This document shows, one piece after another, positions 56,063 through 64,000 of a stretch of DNA of 64,000 nucleotides. The stretch covers positions 1-64,000 of the IMG/VR virus record IMGVR_UViG_3300010352_002815, one strand, 5' to 3'. The first letter of the stretch is position 1; each line of letters starts with the position of its first letter. Made by a program: the position numbers and the translations under genes. Below the pieces are notes generated by a model. That model had not been told where the DNA came from and ran no database searches. It saw nothing but the letters and a program-made list of their open reading frames with translations. Source of the DNA: a virus. Lineage: Duplodnaviria > Caudoviricetes.

Positions 56063-56105
56063 ATTATAATCAAATAATACAAACGTTTTTATTTTTTACG
56101 ACTAA
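56063..56105 (-). promoter_or_regulatory. conserved late-promoter element, copy 3
   Basis: ATTATAATCAAATAATACAAACGTTTTTATTTTTTACGACTAA abutting plus-strand AACCAAAAAGTAGTTAAACT. Confidence 0.7.
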
Positions 56106-56155
56106 CCAAAAAGTAGTTAAACTAGAAAGTAATATAATTGAATGAGGTAATTAGA

Positions 56156-56878
56156 ATGGAACAAAATGAAATTAACGAATCAATAACAATGCAAAAGACG
56201 GAAAATCAAATAATTTTCTATGGTAGGGATATAGGCATAATAGCAGGATACCTCTATCAATGCAAAGGAAATACCATACTATCAGAACTTACAAAGTGTG
56301 GTATTATATCAAAACCAAAACATCGAAAAGTATTCATTGGCAATTTAAAAGTTGGTGATGTAGTATTACTAGAATCCGGAATATACGATTATGATCAAGT
56401 AATATTCGAAATAGCTGATGTTATCAACGTAAATCCACTAACGATACGCATTCGATCAGATAAAGATACAGATATTTATAATGCACTTGGTGTATGCAAT
56501 GGGTTTATGATAGAAGAAAAATCAGTTGACCAAATGACAATAGAGTATTTTAAGCATTTGATTTTAACTATATCAACAAATAACGAATATGCTAGTTGCA
56601 TTTCTGGAACTATTAACAACCGGAAAATACAAGAAACAAAAAATAAAAATGCTCATATTATAGCAGAAGTTTCTGACGAAACTATTGCAAATCTAATAGT
56701 CAAAACATTTAACAATCCTACGAACAGCCAAGCAAAATCTACTGCATTATATAATCCAGTTGTTCTAGCATATGAATCAGGTAATATAATAGCAACAAAC
56801 GGAATGTCAGAATTTGATCGAAATTCTATCCGAATGTACGTATTAGGATTTAAAAATGCATTGAACGTGGTAGATTAA
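56156..56878 (+). CDS. hypothetical protein
   Basis: GAGGT SD before ATG 56156. Confidence 0.55.
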   Translation: MEQNEINESITMQKTENQIIFYGRDIGIIAGYLYQCKGNTILSELTKCGIISKPKHRKVFIGNLKVGDVVLLESGIYDYDQVIFEIADVINVNPLTIRIRSDKDTDIYNALGVCNGFMIEEKSVDQMTIEYFKHLILTISTNNEYASCISGTINNRKIQETKNKNAHIIAEVSDETIANLIVKTFNNPTNSQAKSTALYNPVVLAYESGNIIATNGMSEFDRNSIRMYVLGFKNALNVVD

Positions 56879-56947
56879 GATAGCACACCAAATATGCAAG
56901 GAGAACTAATATGTCAATAAATATGGAAATTTTTTGGAGTGATTTAA

Positions 56948-57130
56948 ATGCATTGTAAATATTGTAATTATAGATGGACATATTTTCTGACTAAAATAGT
57001 TAAAAAGGTTATATGTCCAAATTGTAAGAAAAAAGTAGCTATAGAAAAGGGCAATTTAATTTTAATAAGTAATAAATTATTAAAAAATAACGAAGATCCT
57101 AGAACGTTTATGGAACGTACATATAAATAA
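56948..57130 (+). CDS. small Zn-ribbon protein
   Basis: CKYC...CPNC; GGAGTGA SD. Confidence 0.55.
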   Translation: MHCKYCNYRWTYFLTKIVKKVICPNCKKKVAIEKGNLILISNKLLKNNEDPRTFMERTYK

Positions 57131-57132
57131 TT

Positions 57133-57582
57133 TTATTCCTGGGTTACCAAAATAGGTGTTAAATAACTAACGTCCATGGAAATTGTTCCTATCCAACGAG
57201 CTTGTTCCGTTTCAACAAGATTACTAGTAATTTTATTAATATAAATTTTATATTCAGACGTAGTTCGTTTTCTATGCCACGAAAACAACTCACAAATATC
57301 TTCGACTACTTGTCTACAATGATTTTCATTGTGGCCATACGACGTCACTATCGTAATTTTTATCTGGACTTGCTTTTCATCCCAATCTCGGATCTGGCTA
57401 AAAAATGCACTGTCTCCATTATCAGAAACATATTCGATACCTAAACGGGTGTAATGTGGCTCTGTTAACGTAACAGGATCTCGTAATAGTCCAACATAAA
57501 ATTTATTATCTGTTAGTTCAACAATCTCAGTATTTCCATGAAGTTCATCTAAAATAAATTGCAAAATAGGATTTATGGTCAT
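57133..57582 (-). CDS. putative tail-terminator-like neck protein
   Basis: Size, position after head closure, VQIKITIVT pattern. Confidence 0.45.
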   Translation of the reverse strand: MTINPILQFILDELHGNTEIVELTDNKFYVGLLRDPVTLTEPHYTRLGIEYVSDNGDSAFFSQIRDWDEKQVQIKITIVTSYGHNENHCRQVVEDICELFSWHRKRTTSEYKIYINKITSNLVETEQARWIGTISMDVSYLTPILVTQE

Positions 57583-58203
57583 TTATGCATCTCCGTCCTG
57601 TTTTTTTACCACCCTAAAAGCATATTCTTGAGCAACATAACTAGGTGGCGTTGAAATATTTTCGAAGTCACTTATTGGAACAAATAATTGATCGTCATAA
57701 CCTACTACACTCATTGTCATAGATTTGTCTAATGGGGTTGATCGTTCGCAACGGACATAATGAACTATTTTAGATCCTAGTCCTAATGAGTCAGCTTGAA
57801 TTTGTGCAGACATTCCTCCGTGCTGGCCGAACTCTGCCTTATACGGTCCATAAGTTTGTTGCCACGTTATAGGCATTCCGACGGAATTGACAGCAGTCAC
57901 GACTAATGTAGCATCTGTTTCGTAATAGTCGGATCTTAAACTAGTTAGAATGTCAAAAAAATTAGTAGTATATTGAGTTCCAGCTTCTGAAAATGACAAT
58001 CGTTCTATTTTAGCAGTACCATTTAAACTACCAGCTATACGAATACGACATGCTTTATCAGCAGTCACTGCTAATTGAAAGTTCTCTGCCGTAGGATAAC
58101 CCACTATGGTCATTGTAGCAGCGGCATCACCATTAAAGATTTCATTAATTTGTTTGTAAATGTATATAGAATGTGTATAACGTAGTCTTTTTGGATAAGG
58201 CAT
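57583..58203 (-). CDS. putative head-closure protein
   Basis: RYTHSIYIYK...GMPITWQQTYGPYKAEF; follows the adaptor; TAATG coupling. Confidence 0.45.
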   Translation of the reverse strand: MPYPKRLRYTHSIYIYKQINEIFNGDAAATMTIVGYPTAENFQLAVTADKACRIRIAGSLNGTAKIERLSFSEAGTQYTTNFFDILTSLRSDYYETDATLVVTAVNSVGMPITWQQTYGPYKAEFGQHGGMSAQIQADSLGLGSKIVHYVRCERSTPLDKSMTMSVVGYDDQLFVPISDFENISTPPSYVAQEYAFRVVKKQDGDA

Positions 58204-59051
58204 TACGACCACTCTGCGTTTTCTCCGGCATCATAACCATTGTCGTCAACTTCGTTTTCGTCAAAACCACCTTCGAACTGATTATAAGACGGTATGAGAG
58301 TACGTTTCCATCTATTGGGATAATTAACAGCATCTTTGATTCTAACCATTTCAACGGCAGCACCACGACTACAAGACACTGCAGACAAGTTAGCCGAAGT
58401 TGCTATAGAATTAAATAATTTTTCAAATGCTTCCCTTGGTCCTGTTTTTTCACCCCTTGAAAATGACACACCAGGAGCCTGGCTTTGGCTTCTAAATGAC
58501 CAGTCCGGATTGCCCATTTCGAAGTAATCTGCGACTAAATGACACATCAATGCGCTATATTGAGCATCTGTTAAATATTCAGAAGATACTGACCTCATAG
58601 CAAGTAAATTATTTAATTCACTTTCCGCAAGATCCTTATAAACATTAAACGAATCATATAGAATATCAGCTTCTTCATTATCATCAATAGCTGCTTCAGA
58701 CGACGTTTGAACTGTCAAAAATCTATAATACACTCCAAACAATTGTATTAATTTATCAACGCCTGATTTCGTACTATTAGGATCCAGTACTTCAATAGTA
58801 GCAACTTCGCCTAAATGTTTTGAAGTTCCTATTTCAATATAAGCCCGTAAATAATAAACACCAATTTCGTCTAGGTCACTAGCTGTCGCAGTATATGTAA
58901 TTTCTTGAGTACTTTCGTATTGGGTTGCTACCCAAGTATCAGATGTACCAGACGGCCTAATAACCTGAATATTAATTAATGTAGCTCCAGATAATGAAAT
59001 ACTAGTATCCATACGTATTTCGACATCTGATTCGCCTAAAAATATTGTCAT
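58203..59051 (-). CDS. putative head-tail adaptor with N-terminal Ig/BppU-like domain
   Basis: SLSGATLINIQVIRPSG...DLDEIGVYYLRAYI; C-terminal ALMCHLVA...SQSQAPGVSFS. Confidence 0.55.
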   Translation of the reverse strand: MTIFLGESDVEIRMDTSISLSGATLINIQVIRPSGTSDTWVATQYESTQEITYTATASDLDEIGVYYLRAYIEIGTSKHLGEVATIEVLDPNSTKSGVDKLIQLFGVYYRFLTVQTSSEAAIDDNEEADILYDSFNVYKDLAESELNNLLAMRSVSSEYLTDAQYSALMCHLVADYFEMGNPDWSFRSQSQAPGVSFSRGEKTGPREAFEKLFNSIATSANLSAVSCSRGAAVEMVRIKDAVNYPNRWKRTLIPSYNQFEGGFDENEVDDNGYDAGENAEWS

Positions 59052-59059
59052 AATTCACC

Positions 59060-60022
59060 TTAATAAGATTTTATTTTTTCTAAAAGTTGTTTAGAATATG
59101 ATTTCAGAATAGTTATTTTTATATCACAATATGATTTTATAATATTAATATTTTTATATAAATAATTAAATATTGTTAATAAATTAGAATTACTGCTTAC
59201 ACAACTATATAAACTTATATTATTTTTTAATGTTGATAAAATACAACTATTACTATTTAATACATTTAACGGTAATTCAAATAAAACTGTCCATCTAGAC
59301 ACTAAATTGTTTTGTGTATTAATACTACCAATAATATTATTCAATCTACTTAATAACAGATTACTTGTAATTGAAGAAATCACATTTGAATATATATAAA
59401 AATTTTTTAATAAATACGTATTTATTATAGTATTATTTGAAATTACCGCCGTCAGATTACATAATAAATTTATTATATTATTTAGATAAATATTATTTGA
59501 TATAAGTCCACTTATTGAAATATTATTATTTAATATATTATTGACATTTATTGTATTACTAAGGATAACAGAACATATATTCATATATAAGTTACATATA
59601 TTAATTATTATAGTATTATTAATAATATTACTACGTAACTTAATATCACATAACATTATATTAATTAAATTATTTCTATTTTCAATTGTACTATATAATA
59701 ATTTAAAAACATTTAATGAATTCGCATAACTATTATTACTATTTATAATGCCATATAGCATTTTTGAAATATTTGATACTCCAAATATGTTTAATACGCT
59801 ATTTACGCAGGACCTAACATTTTGCAAAATATTTAAATTGCTTTCATATAAAGAATACACACAAACATTACCAATAATGTTTTTTAATACCAAAATTTCA
59901 TTATCAGATACGCTCAAACTATAAACAGTACCACTTAATTCCGCTATATCAGCATTAGATGCTAAGCCACACGAAACTGGCGCTATTTGCTGTTTTCTTC
60001 CTAAAGGTGTAGGAGAGGTCAT
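59060..60022 (-). CDS. extremely AT-rich Asn/Ile/Ser/Leu protein with ~20-aa repeats
   Basis: Intact 320-aa ORF; sampled line 59461-59520 is 7/60 GC. Confidence 0.6.
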   Translation of the reverse strand: MTSPTPLGRKQQIAPVSCGLASNADIAELSGTVYSLSVSDNEILVLKNIIGNVCVYSLYESNLNILQNVRSCVNSVLNIFGVSNISKMLYGIINSNNSYANSLNVFKLLYSTIENRNNLINIMLCDIKLRSNIINNTIIINICNLYMNICSVILSNTINVNNILNNNISISGLISNNIYLNNIINLLCNLTAVISNNTIINTYLLKNFYIYSNVISSITSNLLLSRLNNIIGSINTQNNLVSRWTVLFELPLNVLNSNSCILSTLKNNISLYSCVSSNSNLLTIFNYLYKNINIIKSYCDIKITILKSYSKQLLEKIKSY

Positions 60023-60033
60023 TTAGCCTTCCA

Positions 60034-60588
60034 TTACGTATGAATAGTTCTAGTGTATACGTCGGTCATCGAAGGCGAGCCACTAGAATCAGTTAAATCA
60101 AACCTAAATAGTTCCGTAGCATTATCTGATGCATATACTATTAGTTGATTAGACGTTACGGTCATCTTACCGCCTAACGATGATACTAAGTTACCTACTG
60201 TACCTGCTGTTAAGTGACCAGATACTGCGTGATTTAATAATGCTTCAGCGTTTTCTGATGCAGTTGGAAAACCATCTTGTAACCTAAAACGGAAAATTTC
60301 GGTGCCGACTACAGAAATTCCGTCTACTGTACCAGCAGAAATTACAGCAGAAAAATCATGTCCGTTAGCATAAAAAGTACCATCTTGGCTAGTATCAACT
60401 TTTACATTATGCAGACCAGTTTTACTATCAAAATCTACAGTTAAAGTTATCCCAGAATCGTCTTCCGTGGTGCTATCATCCTTGTAAATTTTAATGGATG
60501 GTGTACCCGCTAAAGTAATTGGTGTACCATCATCTTGATGTGTGTTAAAATTTCTATAAATAATAGATCCAGCTTCATATGAATCCAT
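60034..60588 (-). CDS. virion structural protein
   Basis: Beta-rich acidic protein in the late operon. Confidence 0.55.
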   Translation of the reverse strand: MDSYEAGSIIYRNFNTHQDDGTPITLAGTPSIKIYKDDSTTEDDSGITLTVDFDSKTGLHNVKVDTSQDGTFYANGHDFSAVISAGTVDGISVVGTEIFRFRLQDGFPTASENAEALLNHAVSGHLTAGTVGNLVSSLGGKMTVTSNQLIVYASDNATELFRFDLTDSSGSPSMTDVYTRTIHT

Positions 60589-60589
60589 G

Positions 60590-61108
60590 CTAAACCACCT
60601 TGCTAATTAACGGATTACAACTTATTAATCCTGATCCTATTAATGGTATATTCGATGTACTATATACAGCTATGCACAAAACTGTGTTAGTATCTTCGCC
60701 GGCCCATGTCTCTGGTATATTATCTGGAAAAGGATAATCATCTAATGAACCACCCGGTGCTTCTGTATTATAGACAATACTTCCAGATAAACTTTTCATC
60801 TGTATAGAACAATAATTTCCTTCGTGACATGGTATTTGAGCAATATAGTAAGTTTGGCCTTCTGTTATAGTTTGCCCTGTTCCAATACTTACTACATGCC
60901 AACCAGCAACATCTTCTACGTCAACTTCCGCTAATAAATCAGATGAATTATATATCGCAAATCTACTGCCACAAGTCCCTGCATCAGGAAAATTAAAACC
61001 AATTTTGGCTAATACGCCAGATCCAACTGCAACAAACGGACAAAAAACTGCGCCCCAATTAAAAACTAAGTTTGCACCAGCGTAATCTGGGTATCCAAAA
61101 AGTTGCAT
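60590..61108 (-). CDS. putative fibre tip / carbohydrate-binding-like protein
   Basis: RFAIYN..LLAE...GWHVV...ITEGQTYYIA pattern. Confidence 0.45.
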   Translation of the reverse strand: MQLFGYPDYAGANLVFNWGAVFCPFVAVGSGVLAKIGFNFPDAGTCGSRFAIYNSSDLLAEVDVEDVAGWHVVSIGTGQTITEGQTYYIAQIPCHEGNYCSIQMKSLSGSIVYNTEAPGGSLDDYPFPDNIPETWAGEDTNTVLCIAVYSTSNIPLIGSGLISCNPLISKVV

Positions 61109-61109
61109 G

Positions 61110-61571
61110 TTACTCCATGGTAATATAAAGATTCTTTACTGAACCATCGCCAGCAAACATTTCCACACGATAAATTTCAGTATTATTGTTTCTTAATGTA
61201 CCAGAATCGTCTCGAAGTGGTGCAGCACCTTTCCATTCGCCATCTATTGTCCAGTCCATACGACTATCAGAAAAATTTAATACTACGCAACAATCATACC
61301 ATTTATTTAATTGATACGTTGTTGGTTGTGGTAATGATTTAGGTAACGACCATCCACCAGGATAATATTGGAATTCCAAACTATTTGACATAGTAGGACC
61401 TACCAAGAAAGGTTGAATATTCGTATAATCATTATTTGTTAATATGTTTCCAATATATGCATAGTCGTTAATACCAGACATCATTAAATCGAAGTCATAC
61501 GTTATTTTTTCAATAGCTTGTACGTTACTAATAGTTAATAATAACAATAATAATAATATAATATTTTTCAT
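61110..61571 (-). CDS. secreted protein, ConA/laminin-G-like
   Basis: Signal peptide MKNIILLLLLLLTISNVQA; LNKWYDCCVVLNF...WTIDG. Confidence 0.55.
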   Translation of the reverse strand: MKNIILLLLLLLTISNVQAIEKITYDFDLMMSGINDYAYIGNILTNNDYTNIQPFLVGPTMSNSLEFQYYPGGWSLPKSLPQPTTYQLNKWYDCCVVLNFSDSRMDWTIDGEWKGAAPLRDDSGTLRNNNTEIYRVEMFAGDGSVKNLYITME

Positions 61572-61593
61572 GTTTACCTCATTATACTTTTAT

Positions 61594-62022
61594 TTATGTA
61601 GTTGGTGTTATACTGATATCTAATGCTCCAGCAGCAAAACTAGGTGTATCACCATCGGTAATAGTTTTTTCGACTGTCAACGTACCAAATGCAATAGTGT
61701 GCGTAGATCCCAATGTCGCACTATCACTTATAAAGAACGTATCTAATGTACCCCATGAACCAGAAGCCGTTGCAAATGTTATGACTGCTTTATTATCTAC
61801 TAATCCATTTGATGGTGTATTCCATAAATTGGTGTCGTTGGTTATTGATTTTCTAGCGTAATTGGAAACACCAATTGTTGGTTCTCCTGTTATCGTACCA
61901 TCTGCTGCAACTGACGTACATAATCCAAAATATAGCGTTGCAGGAGCTGATAATACAGTTCCACCAAATAATTCTCCAAGTATGGAATCCGACCATGTCG
62001 TACAAAATCCAGATGCTACCAT
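61594..62022 (-). CDS. conserved phage fibre/appendage subunit
   Basis: PATLYFGLCT...NYARKSIT...ITFATASGSWGT...KTITDGDTPSFAAGALDI, a widespread phage virion family. Confidence 0.7.
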   Translation of the reverse strand: MVASGFCTTWSDSILGELFGGTVLSAPATLYFGLCTSVAADGTITGEPTIGVSNYARKSITNDTNLWNTPSNGLVDNKAVITFATASGSWGTLDTFFISDSATLGSTHTIAFGTLTVEKTITDGDTPSFAAGALDISITPTT

Positions 62023-62140
62023 TATTTATCACGAATCCTGAAAAGTATTTTAAATAAAAGTTTTTCTATAAATGATTGTTTATGACCGTTTCTAATAATC
62101 ATATTAGCATGGCCACTTAACGGAACAATTCTAGTCACTT

Positions 62141-62179
62141 TAATCAAATAATAGAAAACTATTTTATTTTTACGACTAA
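62141..62179 (-). promoter_or_regulatory. conserved late-promoter element, copy 4
   Basis: TAATCAAATAATAGAAAACTATTTTATTTTTACGACTAA abutting plus-strand AACCAAAAAGTATATAAAGT. Confidence 0.7.
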
Positions 62180-62229
62180 CCAAAAAGTATATAAAGTCTA
62201 GTTATAATAAGTAGTACGAAGTGAATTAA

Positions 62230-62976
62230 ATGGAAATCTTAGGATGTCGACCAAGCCGAATAACCGGTAAGGCATTAGCAAACCGTTTGCAAGCTCGATA
62301 CATAGAAGAAAGACCGCAGTCAGAACTAGTAATTCGATACGGAAATGGCTATAGTAGGGATCCGTCTAGTGGAACCATAATCAACAAACAAGAAGCTGTT
62401 GCGCTTTCGAGTAACAAACCTTTATGCAAACAAAGATTACTCGAAAACGACATTCGAACTCCTCGATATTATAGTTTCGAAGATGCTCAACAATACCTTG
62501 CTACGTCTGGTCGAAAGCTTGTAGTCCGAAGAAATGGTCATAGTCAAGGTCGATGGTTCTATGTAGTTGAGAGTCCTAGACAACTTTCTAGGTACGATCC
62601 ATCTAGACATTACGTCCAAGAACTTGTCAACAAAATCGATGAATACCGACTATTTGTCATGAAAGACAGAATCATCGAAGCCGACCTCAAGGAACCCCCA
62701 GCAGAAAATCCAAATGCCCTTATCCGTAATCACACCCACGGAAGCTTCTTTAGGTGGGTCCGTGTCAGTTCGTTAGATCCTGAACTTAAAAATATGGTTA
62801 GACGATCTGTTAAAGATGTCGTTGGTCTTGACTTCGCTGCAGTAGACTGCGCAACAATCAGATTACCTGATGGTAGGACTTCATCAACGATATTTGAGAT
62901 TAATTCGGCTCCTGGCCTCATAGACCGTAAGTTAGACCTATTTGTTAACAAGCTCCACGAACTATACGATATCTAA
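62230..62976 (+). CDS. ATP-grasp (RimK-like) amide/peptide ligase
   Basis: VIRYGN, SSNKPLC, HSQGRWF, YVQELV, EYRLFV, IRNH, GLDFAAVD, IFEINSAPG. Confidence 0.85.
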   Translation: MEILGCRPSRITGKALANRLQARYIEERPQSELVIRYGNGYSRDPSSGTIINKQEAVALSSNKPLCKQRLLENDIRTPRYYSFEDAQQYLATSGRKLVVRRNGHSQGRWFYVVESPRQLSRYDPSRHYVQELVNKIDEYRLFVMKDRIIEADLKEPPAENPNALIRNHTHGSFFRWVRVSSLDPELKNMVRRSVKDVVGLDFAAVDCATIRLPDGRTSSTIFEINSAPGLIDRKLDLFVNKLHELYDI

Positions 62977-62988
62977 GAAGGCCTATTT

Positions 62989-63162
62989 TTGAATATTTTT
63001 TTAGAATTATTTTCACTTATTATATGGTCCGCATTATGTCTAGGACTCATGTTAACGAATCATGCTGCACTGGGTCTTATTGCAATGTTTATAGGTTATG
63101 TATTATTAGCATTTCATGATATATATAAAAATGCATTAGACCAAAAACTACTTAAACCATAA
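62989..63162 (+). CDS. 57-aa membrane protein (not in ORF track)
   Basis: TTG start; two hydrophobic segments. Confidence 0.4.
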   Translation: MNIFLELFSLIIWSALCLGLMLTNHAALGLIAMFIGYVLLAFHDIYKNALDQKLLKP

Positions 63163-63180
63163 CAGCTATTATAGTATCGT

Positions 63181-63339
63181 ATGATAACAATAGACGAAGA
63201 AGAGTTAGCCAAGGAAATTGCTGGGCATAATGGATATAGACCGAAACCAAAAAATATGTCATTAGCAAGCTGGTCGATGGGTCAAAGACAGATTGCTCAG
63301 GCTAAAGCTCAAGGCAGATGGCGAGGAAACAACTATTGA
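63181..63339 (+). CDS. 52-aa protein (leaderless; not in ORF track)
   Basis: Promoter GACCAAAAACTACTTAAACC at 63139-63158; MITIDEEELAKEIAGHNG...GRWRGNNY. Confidence 0.5.
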   Translation: MITIDEEELAKEIAGHNGYRPKPKNMSLASWSMGQRQIAQAKAQGRWRGNNY

Positions 63340-63474
63340 GGAAGTGATATTTTGCCTAATTTTTTGGAACGAATAGAATACTTTTTCTGGAAGAGAACAA
63401 AAAACTTGATCATTTAACAGAAGAACTTAAAAAAATATTAAATTGTTCTAATACTAAATAATTAAGAGTTATTT

Positions 63475-63765
63475 TTATTTTTCATATTCTTCCAAGACTT
63501 TTCTTTCCAATAATAGCCACTTTTCTTCAAAGTCAATATTATGATTATTATTACCATTTAGGACATGAAGCATCTCGTGACTGATAGCCTTAATAATCAT
63601 GTCCTCCGTTTTCGTTAATTTCATATTAAGTATTATATTTACTTCACTATCATCAAATTCTACGCCAGCTACTTGATCGTCACTTAACTCAGTGGAAGAA
63701 TGTATGCGGACAGTTCGCCCGCACAATCCTTCACAGATTCGCTTCAGTCGTATCCATTTGATCAT
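63475..63765 (-). CDS. minimal zincin (SprT-like) metallopeptidase
   Basis: AISHEMLH...HNIDFEEKW. Confidence 0.65.
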   Translation of the reverse strand: MIKWIRLKRICEGLCGRTVRIHSSTELSDDQVAGVEFDDSEVNIILNMKLTKTEDMIIKAISHEMLHVLNGNNNHNIDFEEKWLLLERKVLEEYEK

Positions 63766-63813
63766 AAAATACCTTTTTATTCGTATATCGATATATTATG
63801 AACATTAAGTCTT

Positions 63814-63999
63814 CTACGGCAAGGCAACATTTTGTTCTTTCTGACCGCAGTATTCTGGGTAGAATTCTTTGCAATATTCGTCCCAGTCCTCGTCGGACAT
63901 GTCTTTGATGTTTTTTCCGTGAAATTTTTCCTGGTTTTGCCAGTAAGTCCCTCCTTGCTGATTACCAGCCAGACAAGAATTCTTACCGCCGTTATACCG
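63814..63999 (-). CDS. 3' end of a gene entering from outside the window
   Basis: Open frame ...RYNGGKNSCLAG...YCGQKEQNVALP*. Confidence 0.45.
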   Translation of the reverse strand, partial: RYNGGKNSCLAGNQQGGTYWQNQEKFHGKNIKDMSDEDWDEYCKEFYPEYCGQKEQNVALP

Positions 64000-64000
64000 A

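Noticed and set aside
1299-62951. Many opposite-strand or nested ORFs (e.g. 3168-3440, 28443-28790, 38404-38748, 39061-39528, 62730-62951)
   Set aside because: They lie within well-supported genes, lack SD or promoter signals and show no recognisable motifs.
63352-63460. Possible frameshifted small ORF at an A-run
   Set aside because: Too short and without recognisable homology to distinguish from chance or a homopolymer error.
1-64000. Stop-codon reassignment (TAG read-through)
   Set aside because: Long conserved genes are intact in the standard code, and TAG ends genes at normal positions (polB; TAGTG overlap at 14261-14265).
1-64000. CRISPR array, diversity-generating retroelement, integrase or transposase
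   Set aside because: No regularly spaced repeats, reverse transcriptase, template/variable repeat pair or recombinase was seen by eye. A short degenerate mini-array could have been missed.

Overview
This 64-kb window is part of the genome of a large tailed (myovirus-type, Caudoviricetes) virus that most likely infects an anaerobic archaeon, probably a methanogen. The host is inferred from about 20 BRE/TATA-like promoters, a family-B polymerase with PCNA-binding (PIP-like) tails, XPD-like and XPF/ERCC4-like enzymes, an archaeal-type dUTPase and a class III ribonucleotide reductase. Positions 1-30.3 kb hold replication, nucleotide-metabolism and accessory genes, almost all on the minus strand. 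Positions 30.4-62 kb hold contractile-tail, baseplate, neck and fibre genes, interrupted by short plus-strand islands. Capsid, portal, terminase and primase are not recognisable in the window. The main signals not shown by the ORF track are: (1) a promoter-driven non-coding RNA locus containing a tRNA-shaped RNA with an 8-nt palindromic anticodon loop and an upstream pseudoknot RNA with the same stem; (2) several genes that appear to start at ATA/ATC/ATT behind strong Shine-Dalgarno sites; (3) four conserved ~40-bp elements that act as back-to-back promoters and mark filled or empty cassette slots; (4) a Zn-dependent deaminase gene broken by a perfect 16-bp tandem duplication; (5) a -1 frameshift in the tail chaperone gene; (6) a GC-chimeric secreted metalloprotease; (7) fibre-region proteins with 14-aa and 20-aa repeats and a cryptic tail-tube paralog. 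All family calls come from motif recognition by eye; no database searches were run.
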